Positions 1 through 12,129 of a stretch of DNA of 64,000 nt are shown here, piece by piece. Under the pieces are notes generated by a model. It had not been told where the DNA came from. It made no database searches and saw only the letters and a program-made list of their open reading frames with translations. The DNA lies in the NCBI GenBank assembly GCA_010909165.1, contig MU008197.1, positions 372,001 to 436,000 on the forward strand. Direction: 5' to 3'. The stretch is from Anthoceros angustus (lineage: Eukaryota; Plantae; Anthocerotophyta). A program made the translations under genes and the position numbers. Numbering within the stretch: the stretch's first letter is position 1; each line of letters starts with the position of its first letter.

Positions 1-570
1 CAGCCACCTTTGTCGTCTGTTCATGACGCTGCCTCCCGATGGACACTGTAGAAAGGTTTTCGTCTGATCACGAGGACCTTGGGAGCGTCTGCACCTTGGA
101 CATAATCACTGAATTGCTGCCCCAGGCTGAAGGGCTGGGTTTGGTAACTCCCTTGCAGGGGTCTAAGTCCAACATGTCAAGCTTGAAAGTCACCTTTCAT
201 CAGTGAGCGCTTATAGTCCAGATAATCCTCCAGGTGTTGAAATTTCTCGCAGTCTAAGTCTGCTATCCGCAACTCCACGGCATCTTTGGGACCCTGGTAC
301 CAACAACCATCTCTCAGAGTTCGTACTATGTACCTGCTAAAGCTTTTGAAGCTCTTTTCATCACCTCATGGACTAAACGTTCTGCTTTCTCACCCGCAAC
401 CCTAATCTCAAGATAATGACTTGTGGAGATGGCGCTTCCTGCACTGCCAAGTGCAAGCGCGTACCCGGCTTTGTAAAAGCCGCTCCAGCAGGGCAGGTGT
501 GTGTACGCGTCTGCATCAAAGGACAGCCGTATCCAGACACAGAGCATCCAGACACAAATGCTCATTCGGA
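1..570 (-). pseudogene. Possible decayed fragment of an unidentified gene with a weak TPR-like motif
   Basis: Open stretch ...LPCWSGFYKAGYALALGSAGSAIST... follows a gatgcag acceptor and resembles a TPR helix. Downstream coding-like pieces (DAVELRIADLDCEKFQHLEDYLDYK; QQFSDYVQGADAPKVLVIRRKPFY) are in inconsistent frames and contain stops. Identity not established. Confidence 0.2.
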
Positions 571-707
571 TGATGCCGGGCATTTGCTGCCGCAATGGAG
601 GATCGGGACGAGATGCAGCCCTGCGTGCGGCCGCATGGGGGACAAGTGGAGACGACACATTAAAAGATGGGAGAGGCAGAAGCTCTGTCGATGAAGGGGT
701 TTGAATC

Positions 708-2248
708 ATGGGGAGAGCGATTGCACAGACCCGGCACTATGGCAGAACGGGAGACGGCGACGCCGCCAACATGCTGGAGCTGGTGGAGAAGCAGAGGCCG
801 CCGGCTGGCTCTACCCCGCCTGGATCGCTGCTGGTGCGCATCACCATGCGCGCCATCAATCCCACCGATCTCATGACCGTCCGATACGATAGGTTCCGGG
901 ACCTGGTGGACGCGGATCCCGCCACCCAGGTGATTGTGGGCAGCGATGGATGCGGCGGCGTCGATGAGGTCAGCTGAATTTATTGGATATAGACCTAGTG
1001 ATGTGAGAACGGTGGTATGTGCTGGTTGGTCGTGGCGACTGGCGACTGATCCGAGGGATTGTGGTGCATCCGGATCCGTGTGTGGTGATCGGAGACGGCG
1101 TGATCCAGTTCCGGGTCGGGCAGAGAGTGACGCCAATCATCTTCCCCAGATACTTGAAGGACGCGCAGGGGTCGTGGCAGGAGTACCTTGTGGTGGATGC
1201 TGCGCACGTGTTTCCGATCCCTGAGAGCGTGAGCGACGAGGCTGCCACGCAGTTCGTCGTGAATTCGTGCACCGCTGCTGGCTTGTTGAAGGAGGTTGGA
1301 GTCCCTGCGGGCGACTTCGTGCTGCAGACTGCTGATTCCTCTGTGATTGGAAGGTAACGGGCCCGATCGATTTGTCCTTTTCGATTCCAATGATGTTGTC
1401 TACGGGATGGGGACGAGGGATTGCCTTGTGTCATGGGCTCCCGAGTGTGAGACCACCACGTTAAATCTGAATGTGGGTGCTCAAAAAAATTCTGATCCAT
1501 GGGCTCAGTGCCTGATCATGAGGGGTGGATCGGAAGTGCACCCACAGGCAGGTGATTCAGCTGGCCAGGCACTGGGGGATCATGACTATCAACATTGTGG
1601 GGCGGGATACTGTAAAGGCGGAGTTGGACGCTCTCGGAGCCGACGTTGTCAACAATTCCTGCTGCAAAGGTTCATGAACTGAATTCATTCCAGACGCAGG
1701 ACCAGATCAAAAGCATGCATTTATGCAGCCTTGAAGTACTAGTTCCTCTGTCTCTGATTGTGGGCAACACGCCGCCGGTATCAGATGTGCTGCAGAAGGT
1801 CAAGGAAGTGACAGGAGGCAAGCTTGTGTACGCAGCGTTTGACGCAGTGGTTGGAAATATAACTCCGGTAACTTGTATATTCTATTTCGTTCTCTTTTCT
1901 CTTATGGTGGTTGCACAAAAATGACTTTAATTTATTGTAATTTGAATGCAGATGGTGGCATCGTGTGTGTGAGAGTTCGGGAGGCTGCTACTATCGGGGG
2001 CGTTGGCCTCTTGGGATGTGAAGCTCGGGTTGCAAGACCTGATGGTGAAAGTAGAATGGTGGATTTTGCCAGCCTTTGCACCTACGGAGGCGGAGTTGAA
2101 GAGACTCGGAGATGAAGTTATGGTGCTTTTAGAGAAGAAAGTCATCCCGCCTTTGGCTGGAGAAAAGTTTGATTTGGCTGATTATCGGAAAGCAATTCAC
2201 TTTACTGAAAAGCCAGCCAGGGGTGAAAAAGTATATCTCGTAGGATAA
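708..2248 (+). pseudogene. Medium-chain dehydrogenase/reductase (enoyl reductase/quinone oxidoreductase-like), 5 exons, with a premature stop
   Basis: Motifs LLVRITMRAINPTD, GDGV.QFRVGQRV, GSWQEY, IPESVSDEAA, GDFVLQT..SSVIGRQVIQLA, KVKEVTGGKLVYAAFDAV, GEKFDL. Exons ~708-969, ~1090-1354, ~1548-1669, ~1785-1868, 1952-2248. In-frame TGA at 1970-1972 in the last exon, and no clean AG immediately before the exon-2 coding sequence. Confidence 0.75.
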
Positions 2249-2559
2249 CATGAGGAGAGTGAAAAAGAATCATGTAGCGACATTGGTCAGCAATGCTCTT
2301 CAGAGGTGAGGGGAAACATACTTCATTGCTTCCCGCACAGCAATGTTTTAGCTGCCGATTGAAAGGAAACAGAGCAAGCCTCTCTTGGTTGGTGAGTCTT
2401 GATCAGTGATTCAACCCTTTGCTTTGCCATGTTGCAGCCCCTTATTATGCATGTTGTTGCAGGCGGGTGAATTAGACGACGTTCTCCAACAATCTCTCCA
2501 CTAAGACTGCGACTTGGGAATTGAACTTCTCAAATCTTGTGACGCGGTCTCCAGCACTG

Positions 2560-2724
2560 ACCTCTCCGACATCCTCTTTTCAGGCTGCATTCGTGATAAC
2601 TTGGCTGTATACAGACTTCCTTATCCATGTCTCTCTCACCTTGTCCGGTGACAACATACAGGCCTAGGGGCAGATTCCAGCTGACATTGTGATGTGCCAG
2701 TTTCTCAGTCAAACAAAATCTCAT
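2560..2724 (-). pseudogene. Degenerate PPR-like fragment
   Basis: Translation HHNVSWNLPLGLYVVTGQG...CIQP resembles a PLS-class PPR motif (nvvSWn...g.g; GiqP). Short and divergent. Confidence 0.25.
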
Positions 2725-3429
2725 TCATCTCCACAAACCTGCCATTCTCTGTAGTTTTGGTCTGAATGGCAGGTAATGTATTCGTCTTGTACATTAGTAA
2801 AGAAAAATTGGCTGCTAAGATGACTTCAGATCTCTATCACATCCAAAGTTGTCAGCAAGAGTCAGCTTTCTTTCTTCCGCGACATGATATCCGCATCAAT
2901 GCAGGGTTCTTCAGCACTTCATTGCTCAGAGCACCTGCACCACTAAAGAATAATATGTTTGCATCCTCCAGCTTCTGCTGCAACTTGTGTACAAAAACAG
3001 AAATACATGATCCCCTAAAACGAGTGGCTCAAATGGTGGTGATTCAACTGACTCAAACTACAAGAACTGCAAGTACAGACACCAAAAGTGAGTTAACTGT
3101 GGCTCTGCTACCCGGATACTTGTGGGATCTGCCAACTGACCAACAAAACAAAGTTTGAAAGAGAAGCTTGATTGATTGTGAGCCTGCTGGGATGTCATTG
3201 AGGAGTACCATGGAATTTGCACGATAGACACTCTAGTGCGAGCTGTAAATACCTGGAGCACAAGCTTTGACAACCTCTTGCCCAACTATGCCCCCAAACA
3301 GGGCTGCATTGGATTCAGAACTGCAGGTGTCTCAAGCTTTGGAGATTCTGTATTCTCGTCACTTGTTTAGCAAGCTCAATCAACTTCTCTGCATCCTGTG
3401 TGCCATGCTGTATAGTGTATAGCATGGCA

Positions 3430-3550
3430 GCTCCCTGATGTACAGCATGGCATCATACGATGAACTGAAAGATGCACGCCAGGTTTTTGACATCATGAAC
3501 TCAAAGAATGTGGTGATTGATGCTGCAATTACTGGTTGTCGAAAGAGCTA
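3430..3550 (+). pseudogene. Degenerate PLS-class PPR fragment
   Basis: Translates SLMYSMASYDELKDARQVFDIMNSKNVV, matching the PPR consensus l..A..vFd.m..knvv, then reaches a stop. Confidence 0.5.
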
Positions 3551-3949
3551 GGACTGCTGGGTAACAAGCTGTACAGCATGGTCTGGCAGGAATTGACCAT
3601 TCGCCGTTGAAACTGAGAGTTCTTGGCCTAGCTGGCGTCGTGCCCGTTGGCCCCCGACATGGTGGCACTGGACCGGAGGCTGACAGCCTTGGTGGACTCG
3701 CTCTCGCAGTTAACATTTGGCAGTCATGAGAAATGTTAACAGTGATGAGTGGTCGAGGACCGTCATTTTTGAGGTTCAGATAAATAAATATGGAAGTCTG
3801 AAATTCAATGGCTTGAATATTCAGAAATAAAAAAAAATTAGATAGCCCGACTAAAATTAAAAAACGGAGCTCCATGCTGGGCATTCTGATGAGAGGAGCT
3901 TGGATTGAAAGGCTGACTGCGAGGGTGTGTCCTCGCTTCACACCAGAAC

Positions 3950-4596
3950 TCTAGCACCTGAATTGTACATGCGGAGAGCCCTTCACGCCAGCTTCACCAC
4001 ACATTGCATTTGCGCTGAACAGAGTTGATATCATCGCGAACAGGAAGTGGGAATCATCATCAGCTGCGAAAGCTCAACACAAGACTTGAGCTTAGCATGC
4101 AAAGTGCAACCAGTAAAGCTGGTGGTATTTATTTGTATGCTAATCAGCAGGGGATGACTATACTATGGTGATTGATCTACACTCCCTGAATTTTGTCATG
4201 GATGCACTGGCCTCCTTGAAGGATGCTCGTGGACAGCTTAGCCTTCCGTTTACCACTAAAAAACGCTTCAAGCCAGGAAGCTCTCCTAGACCTTCTTTGA
4301 CCTAACGAATTTTCCATCACTGCCAATTGCGGTAAGACCCTTTCCCCAGGTTGTTGAGCAACGGGACCATGACAGCAAACTCAAGTTGCCTGTTGTCATC
4401 ATGCCCGCCCTTACCTGGACTTTTGGATACCGTCTTCCTCAGGAAGAGATTGCCCTGGGACCTGCATGGTGGCTGTGGGACTATCTTCGTAGAAGTGGTG
4501 GAAGTGGCTTTCTCCTTCCACTTTCTGCTGGTGCAGATAGCTCAAGAGTGGCGGTGTGTGGGAAGCATGTGTCAACTTGTCCTGAAAGATCTTTGA
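3950..4596 (+). pseudogene. QNS1: Internal fragment of glutamine-dependent NAD(+) synthetase, frameshifted
   Basis: Colinear motifs [85 protein letters not shown], then GSMCQLVLK after a frameshift. Several indels; both termini are absent. Confidence 0.85.
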
Positions 4597-4699
4597 TTTA
4601 ATATGAACTTGTGTGCAAATGTTGCATGTCTTCTATCTGGTTCTGTCTTTCACTCTATGGACTACTCACACTTTCCAGTGCAACTGCAACTGTGTGCAG

Positions 4700-5445
4700 T
4701 GGGCGTGGACTTCCAGCCAGTGCCAGAAATCTCAGGGATATCGAAGAGGATGCATGTCTGGCCGGAAATTGCAGAGGCGGAGACCGAGGAGGAGAAGCCT
4801 GTCCTTGTGGTCCAGGTAACTTTGCCTCTGACTCTGCCTCTGCCTCACACTCTGCCCATGACTGTGCGGAAGGAAAGAACGTTGAAGGAAAGATCGGCCG
4901 GCTGCTGGCCATCAACAGGCTGCACAGTGTGGCGGACGGTTTTTCTTCATCGCAGTTCCTGAAAGCATGGTCGGACGAGTGCGCCGGCGGAAGGGCCAGG
5001 GCCGAGCCCGACCACGGCAGAGCCCAGGTGCTGAAGCAAGCGCCATAACATTGGGCACCAGCCCGCTTGGCCCCAATAACCTCACAGCAATGCTCTTCGC
5101 AAATGCATATGTTATCGATAACCTTCTCTTGGACCAAGAGTTTCTCGGAGTATGCTTACTGATCTGAGCGCTTGCGGGGAGGGGGGAACAGAGCTACCAC
5201 ACAGCAAGCAAGCAATTGGACACATTTGCACGGATGTTGTACAATATGTACAAAAGCATATGGTACAAAGCTATACAAGGACAGGTGGACAAAAACGCCT
5301 GGCCTCGGAGGGCCGGCTGTCGGCTGGTATCGCAATCACATGGAGAAGGTCCGGTGGAATCGGGCGCGGAGTGAACCTCAAGGTGCAGGCAGACGCCTGG
5401 AATGATGGATTCAGAAAGACGAGAATGAAGCTTAAGCCCGCGTGA
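4700..5445 (+). pseudogene. Degenerate BAHD (HXXXD) acyltransferase fragment
   Basis: KPVLVVQVT (PLLAVQVT-like), then RLHSVADGFSSSQFLKAWSDECAG (HXXXD at 4923-4937) and EPDHGR. Only weak DFGWG-region similarity further on; multiple frame breaks. Confidence 0.55.
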
Positions 5446-5928
5446 AAAATATAGGACGAATAACCGAATGGATGCGCTTACATTGCCAACAATTTGCGAA
5501 TCTACATGTCTTTGTGGCTGGATGCCACTTTCAACTTAGGAAGCCCGATAAGCGGATTCCCTTGTTAAAAGCAGGAAAGAAACAACAGATGCCCCTCACG
5601 ATACTGCATGCTGCGTTCGTACCTTTGTCTGCAGTCTGTACCCACATGCATATGGCCTACATATGCTGCACTTGTTGTAGCCTCCCAGTACAGTCATCAG
5701 CGACTCTACGTTGAGATCTGGTCGGGCTGCAGTCTGCGGAGCAGCAGCATCATACACTTCTGCAACTGGGTTCAAGTAAGCCTGACTGATCCTCCCCACC
5801 GACTTGAAATCTTCCGGGTTTGCGGATAAAGTTTTTCTCCAGACTGTAGAGATGGCAAGACCCCTGAGATGGATTTCTTCATTCTTGATGACCACAACTC
5901 AAAACCGTCTCCAATTCCAACTACTGGG

Positions 5929-5986
5929 CTACTCCTGAGAACCATCTGTTGGGCACTCGTGCTCCTGCTCCTGCTCCTGCTCCTCT

Positions 5987-6019
<33 letters not shown>

Positions 6020-6603
6020 CGCTCAAATTGCTTGTCATAGGCTTTCTTGGCTGCATTCTCAGCACGTTGGATACTTTCAGCCTCCATGACACATCGGACA
6101 GCGGCGGACAAGGTACCATCAGCAATTGCATACATGTGTTGAGCCCTCTGCCTAAGATCTCTGGCTCTTGCTCGTTTTTCCTTCGCTATTGCAATCAGAA
6201 CCGCAACTTCTGGATCCCCTTTGGCATCCTGCTCAACGGCTGCCCGTTTGATCGATGTTCGCGAAGAAAATGCGGATGTGCCCACTGAGCCTAGTTGATT
6301 ACTAAAAACATTGGGTTCTCCTTCTCGCAACGTATCCTGCACGGGATTTTTCTGTGGCATATCCTCATTCGCGACCGGATGCTGAAAATGCCTCACGCTG
6401 TTGACTGCCTCACCCCTTGCGGTCTCCAGTTTTCTTTCTACGTTGCTTCTTCTTCCCTGTGTCGTGGCATGTGACGTTTCTGCCACAACTTGACTCCCTG
6501 GGTCGGGAGCAGTCACTAAGTGCGTATCACCATCCGTGGCCTCGCTTGGATAACCATTATTCTCATTACCCGACCCCAGACTAGGGACAGCATCGAGATC
6601 CAT
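5929..6603 (-). CDS. Duplicate A of the EPCR terminal exon; 224-aa ORF from MDLD containing the conserved C-terminal helix and an EQ repeat
   Basis: Colinear with 16459-17474 (MDL..., TAP.PGSQVVAE, TLREGEP..F.NQL, IAIAKEKRARAR.LR.RAQ.MYA.AD.T.S.AV..VMEAE..Q.AENAAKKA). Same position of a ttccag acceptor (~6643). Stops soon after the conserved block. Confidence 0.6.
5960..6023 (-). repeat. (CAGGAG)n hexamer microsatellite encoding EQEQEQ in duplicate A
   Basis: Read directly as (gctcct)n on +; absent from the parental exon and from duplicate B. Confidence 0.9.
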
Positions 6604-6806
6604 GACGACCGTCTTCAGTGGCAGTGGGTAGCATTCGTGTGACCTGGAAGAAATAAATTGAATCCAGAATTCAAAACTAGTCAATTCCTCTCGTGAACAC
6701 ACTGGTTCCCGAACAGAAACTCAATCACCACGACCACTTTCTCAGCCTGCTTGTGAAGCCTTCTAACTATCCACTAGGGGAATTAAATAACGATTCAAGA
6801 TGAAAA

Positions 6807-6815
6807 CCTTATATA
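6807..6815 (-). promoter_or_regulatory. TATA-like box upstream of duplicate A
   Basis: TATATAAGG on the minus strand ~170 bp upstream of the acceptor. A homologous TTATATAGG lies at 12688-12696 upstream of duplicate B. Confidence 0.35.
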
Positions 6816-7071
6816 ACATAATATCTATTAAAAATATTAGATACTACTCCTAGGTCATTGGCTTATCAGAGTGGATGTTAGAGAGGATGAAAATACAGGT
6901 TTCAAAATATCAATTATATAGGTGTAGGTGGAACACCATATATAGTCTTTGGATTTAAATAATCTCAATAGAATTGGAGTTGGAGACGGGAGAGTACATA
7001 CTGAATAAAGATATTCATATCACATTAAAAATAAAAAATAATAATTCAACACAATAGTAGATATATAGAAT

Positions 7072-7662
7072 CAGAAGGAGAAGTTTATCATACACTACAT
7101 ACATAACTTTAGGACAAAGCACTATTTCAAAGATTACAAGATTTGTAATAAGGAATCTCATGGGTCTTCCTATGTGTCTTATGGTAAAATGGCTCATCCT
7201 ATAGTTACTAAGATTCTGTATTTCTAATTAACTCATTTTTTTTACAAAATAAATAATATTTTTGAGTTTTTTAGGCGTGCATCCTAGTGGAATGACAACT
7301 CATTACACTTCCGTCTCTATGTTCGTTATAGTCATTCAAAGCTGAATTTTTAGGTACAATAAGAGGTGTGTAGAGGCAGAAGGAGAAGTTTATCATATAC
7401 TACATAAATAACTTAAGAACTTAGTACTATTTCAATGATTACGAGATTTGTAATAAGGAATTTCATGGGTCTTCTTATGTGTTTTACGATAAAAGGGCTC
7501 GTCCCATAGTTACTAAGATTATGTATTTTTGTATTAACTCATATATTTTTTACAAAATAAATAACGTTTTTTGAGTTTTTTAGGTATCCATCCTAGTGCC
7601 ATGACAACTTAGCACACTTCCGTCTCTTTGCTCGTTATAGTCATTCAAAGCTGGGCTTTTAG
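7072..7662. repeat. ~305-bp direct tandem duplication (two copies); third homologue at ~12920-13040
   Basis: cagaaggagaagtttatcata... begins at 7072 and 7377, and the copies stay colinear to ...gtcattcaaagctg. Confidence 0.85.
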
Positions 7663-8674
7663 GTTACTCTCATCAAAATGATGTTAAGTGTTTCACACGT
7701 GTAAAATAGATATAAGCGAATCAAACGACATATTATTCTCCGCACATTCTACGAATTTTACATACCCCATAATTGTGGCTCATCCCATCTCTAATTTTTG
7801 AACAAAATATTGCTACTTTAAAAAGGAATTAGCAATTACAATACTTGTGACAATTCCAAAGGCAATCGTGTATTTGTAGTAATTCAAAAGATGGTGACAG
7901 ATGATGATGGTTTGAAGACCCTTCGCGCAATCCATATTGAGGCAGCTAGAAACAAACATGTTGAGTTTATGGCCATTTAAATTTTAAAAAAATATCCTAA
8001 AATATTTTTAAACATGATAAATAACACATATATATATATATATTAAATTTTATAATAATTAATTACTTAAATAAATCTATTATTACAGAGTAATGTAAGC
8101 TATGACGTGAAATAAAATAAGTCATAAAATTGTCGTAAGTTACTCAATTATATGGATTAATGTAAGCCATGACATAAAATAAAATAAGATATGTAGTTGC
8201 CCATTAGTTAGCCAATTAGCTGGTAAGTTAGCCAATTAACCAATAAAGTTAGTTAATTAACCAATAAGTGTGCAGCGACTCTAGGTTAGGTGGTGTAAGT
8301 CTGCAACGACTCTAGGTTAGGTGGTGTAAGTTTGCAATGGCTCTGCATTAGACTCTCACCACATAAGACTTTATGCTTGTAAGGTAATATGGCAAAACAA
8401 GTCAAGTCTTTTGACTTTTGTGATCTGCGTCGCGTTTTGATTGCACACTCTGGACTTAAATCCTAAACTTACATGCCCCTTGGAACCCTATTGTAGACCT
8501 ATAGTCACATAGATGAGTAGTACAAATTTACTCATCTCTTGAGCAAACCCTAAACCCATACTTAACGAAGCAACTTGTTAGTCTTTTCAAACATATGCTA
8601 TGACAGGATCAAAATAATGCTACACCCGCATATACATATATAAATAGAAGCATGCTGCTTGAACACAAACCACC

Positions 8675-8917
8675 CTCACCTAGTGGCAAGGCCGCCTAAC
8701 TTCGCTACCACTCTAACCCTAGTGGCGCAGCCACGTAGCTTTGCTACCATCCTAACGCTAGTGGCATAGCCACCTAACTTTGCTATAACTCTAACCTTAG
8801 TGGCATAGCCGCTTACCTTTGCTACCACCCTAACCCTAGTGACACAGCTGCCTAGCTTTTCTACCACCCTAACCCTAGTGGCACAACTGCCTAGCTTTGC
8901 TACCACCCTAACCCTAG
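8675..8917 (+). repeat. 39-bp minisatellite (~6 copies) followed by a TATA-like ccctatata at ~8924
   Basis: Unit ~ctaaccctagtggcacagccgcctagctttgctaccacc, read directly. Confidence 0.9.
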
Positions 8918-9129
8918 CTCTGCCCCTATATAGGTGGCTTCGAGTCCTTCCTATTTCACAGTTCTCATTCTCGCTCTCGTGGTCGTACATTCCTTTGCAT
9001 AGCTTTCTAGAGATCTTCTTGCACAATTATCTGTCTCTGCGTAGTTTACTACAGTTCATGGTTCTCATTTCCTCTGTGTAGTTTGCATGGTTCTCATTTC
9101 CTCTGTGTAGTTTACTACGATTCATAGTT

Positions 9130-9390
9130 CTCTGTTTCGTGTTCTTCTTATTGCACAGTTCTCTAAATCATGTTCTTCTTGTCACACAGTTCTCTGTATC
9201 GTGTTCTTTATCATGTTCTTCTTATCGCATTCTCATCGTGTTCTTCTTATTGCACAATTGTTCTTCTTGTTGCAGGTCAGATCATGTTCTTATTGCAGTT
9301 CTCTCAGATCATGTTCTTATTGCAGAGTTCTCTGTATCATGTTCTTATTGCAGAGTTCTCTGTATCATGTTCTTATTGCACAGTTCTCTG
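9130..9390 (+). repeat. Degenerate ~28-bp pyrimidine-rich tandem repeat
   Basis: Unit ~catgttcttattgcacagttctctgtat repeated, followed by an acceptor-like ttttctag at ~9427. Confidence 0.8.
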
Positions 9391-12129
9391 TATCGATGTC
9401 ATATATTTCCTTTGTTTAGTTTTCTAGGTTAATATTCTCCTCTACGGGTTCGCAAAGCAACATGGCGTTCTTCAAGTCAGTGAGACGGCCAGGTCATTGT
9501 TTGTGAGGAACATCTTCCGCCCGCACCAACATGTCCAACGACCCCAAATTTCATCTTACGGCTTCGTCCCATCCCTTTGAAGTTTGGTGAAGATGTTTAT
9601 GTCCTTACTTCATCAATCGACTACCATACATAGTTGGTGTTGGAAGAGGATGTTACTCACATACAAAGGTCGCGTACTCGAAACGTCACGTGTTGCGTCT
9701 GTGCATAATTGGTGTTGAAAGAGATTTTACTCAAATACAAAGGCCGCGTACAAAGGGGCTGCGTCTCGTGCCTACCTCGCATGTGGGATATGATGTAGAT
9801 AGAATCTAGTGTTGTATGCTTTACATTGTTGACAATTTTTCATAATTGAGTTGTGGTGAAGCAGCGACTTTCGTTTCCTCTTTTCCGTTTTCTCTTTTCC
9901 GTTTTCTTGTTTCGTATTCAGCACTGCGTTCACACTGCCGACTTCTCATCGAGCATAGAAGAAACAGAACCCTTGCTCCAACTTTCTAATGCAGCCATGC
10001 CACCCACAATCGAACTGGCTTGACGGCGATTTTGACTTTTTACTCAAAATTCCATCCTTACGTCTGCAACAATACCCACACCAGTATCCCTCCGAGTCCT
10101 CCAGAGAAACTAGCCACCGGGCAACCGTAGGCATCCCACATGAGAACAGTTCCTCCGACAAAGGACAAAACCAGCCCACTTCCCCTGCAGTAGTCTAGCA
10201 CCCTCTGTCACAGAATTCAGTCCAGGAGTGTCCAGCCAGTAGACTACTCCAACTACTCGACAGAATTCACTCCAGGAAAGTCCAGCCAGTAGACTACTAC
10301 TACTACTCGACTGCATCTCGGGATGGCCTTGTTTCACAGTCTGCGCCTGGTCTGACATGAAGCTACAACAGACCACAAATCCATCCACGGCACCTGCATG
10401 GGTGGATGGGAGAGAGGTACTTCTAATCAGGCGGACTGCCGAAGGGCTGATCGGGTCGCCTTAGCTTTCTGCTTCGTCATCCCTCCACCGCCGGGTGCGG
10501 GGGGTTGTCGGTGCTCTGTTGCCCGCCTCACGCCGCTGTAACAAGATTACGAGGATCAACCTCCGTTGATACCACATAAATGGAATCTTAAAGAAACGTT
10601 CTTAAACCATGACTGCCTAAGTGTCCCTAACGCCATGCTATACAAACCACACTGCAACACTTGCTGTCCGATAAATCGGCTCCAGCAACATGACATACGT
10701 TGCATCTCATGCCGCATTAGAAAGAGCTTCACTTGACAAACCTTATTCATATTTTTACAAATTTTATAATCCAATCAATTCATGAGAAAAAAAATTGTGA
10801 AAAGAACTCCCTGCATTAATAACTTGAGCCATTTTCACAAGTACCTATTCCTACAAGTATATACATAGGGATTGTTGAAAAGTGGATAGTGCAGGCATTG
10901 AGTTAGGCAGCCCGCACATATGTTCATGAAGAGGCTTAGGGGAAGACTCGGTGTCTTTTAATACACACCTTATGCTAGCTTAGCAGCAGGACAACAGCAG
11001 TTTTGGTCAGCAATGACTTTTCTCAAAGCAATAGTTTCATAGCAGTCTTTCACTGAACGGAGAGTAGAAGCTGGACAGAGTCCAGTTCTTGTGAGAGCAA
11101 CAGCAGTGACTCCTTCAACAAGCGAGTATTTCAACGAAAAGGAAACCACCAGTCTCCACAATGCGAGGTGCCGATTGACAGGCGTTAGTTAGCAAAACTC
11201 CTGAAGTCACAGTGATGAACGGAAAGCAAAGGAGGGCAGCAAGCAGCTTGCATACAACATACACAATAGAAAACTGGTTAGGATGCCAAGAGCAAGGCCC
11301 TGTCCTTAGAAAAGCATAATTGTAAACATTCAGAGAGAATTCTTAGAGTCTCATAGCAGCCCATTCTCCTACGACTCATTAATCAGCTGCGCCAGGCTTC
11401 ACAGAGCCCAATGGTCCAGCTTACAATAAGATACTCATAATCTACTGTCAGAGTGCGGGGCCTTGTCATAAATGCATTTTCCCTTGAAACACCTAACAGG
11501 ATGTAGGTAATGTCCAGTCCAGCATGTGTACATGAAGTTCATAACCAGTTTCGCGGGAAGTCCCCGCTCCAGCCGGACATCCTCCTGCACGAACTGCATA
11601 TCTAGCTCTCCGGTAGGCACACCTTACGGCCTCCTTCTTCTCCAACAATGGGTTCCTCGAATTCAAGTTTTCCTAACAAACGTCCCTCAGAATGCCATGC
11701 GTTTTACGCGACGTCGATGCAAAGTTGGTGTAGAAATCAGTGAACAAATCGATGCCGAAGCTGCCGCACAAACAAACGTTGGTGCACAGGTTGGTCCACA
11801 AATTGCATAATTGGCATTCGCGGGACGGTGCGGGTTGATTCACTCATCCAGGAAGAGAATCCTTTACGTTTTCCCATCCGCTTGTTTTTTTCCATGAAAC
11901 TTTCCCAGACCATAGACTCGTTTGTCTCCAGACTGTAGATTCTTTTTTCTCCAGACTGTAGACTCTGCCTCCAAGGCTCTGCTGAGATAGATTTTTTTAT
12001 ACTTGATGACCAGAAACCAAAACCGTGTCCAATCCCAACTACTGGCCATGGGCTACTCCTATGAACCATCTATTACACACTGATCCTTTTTTTAATAGTG
12101 AGTTTCGGTTGCTCAGGACATCCATTCTC

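Noticed and set aside
1970-1972. In-frame TGA read as selenocysteine, readthrough or U-to-C editing (also 56031-56033)
   Set aside because: Land plants lack selenoprotein machinery, and reverse editing is organellar. Both genes have other lesions, so CpG decay is simpler.
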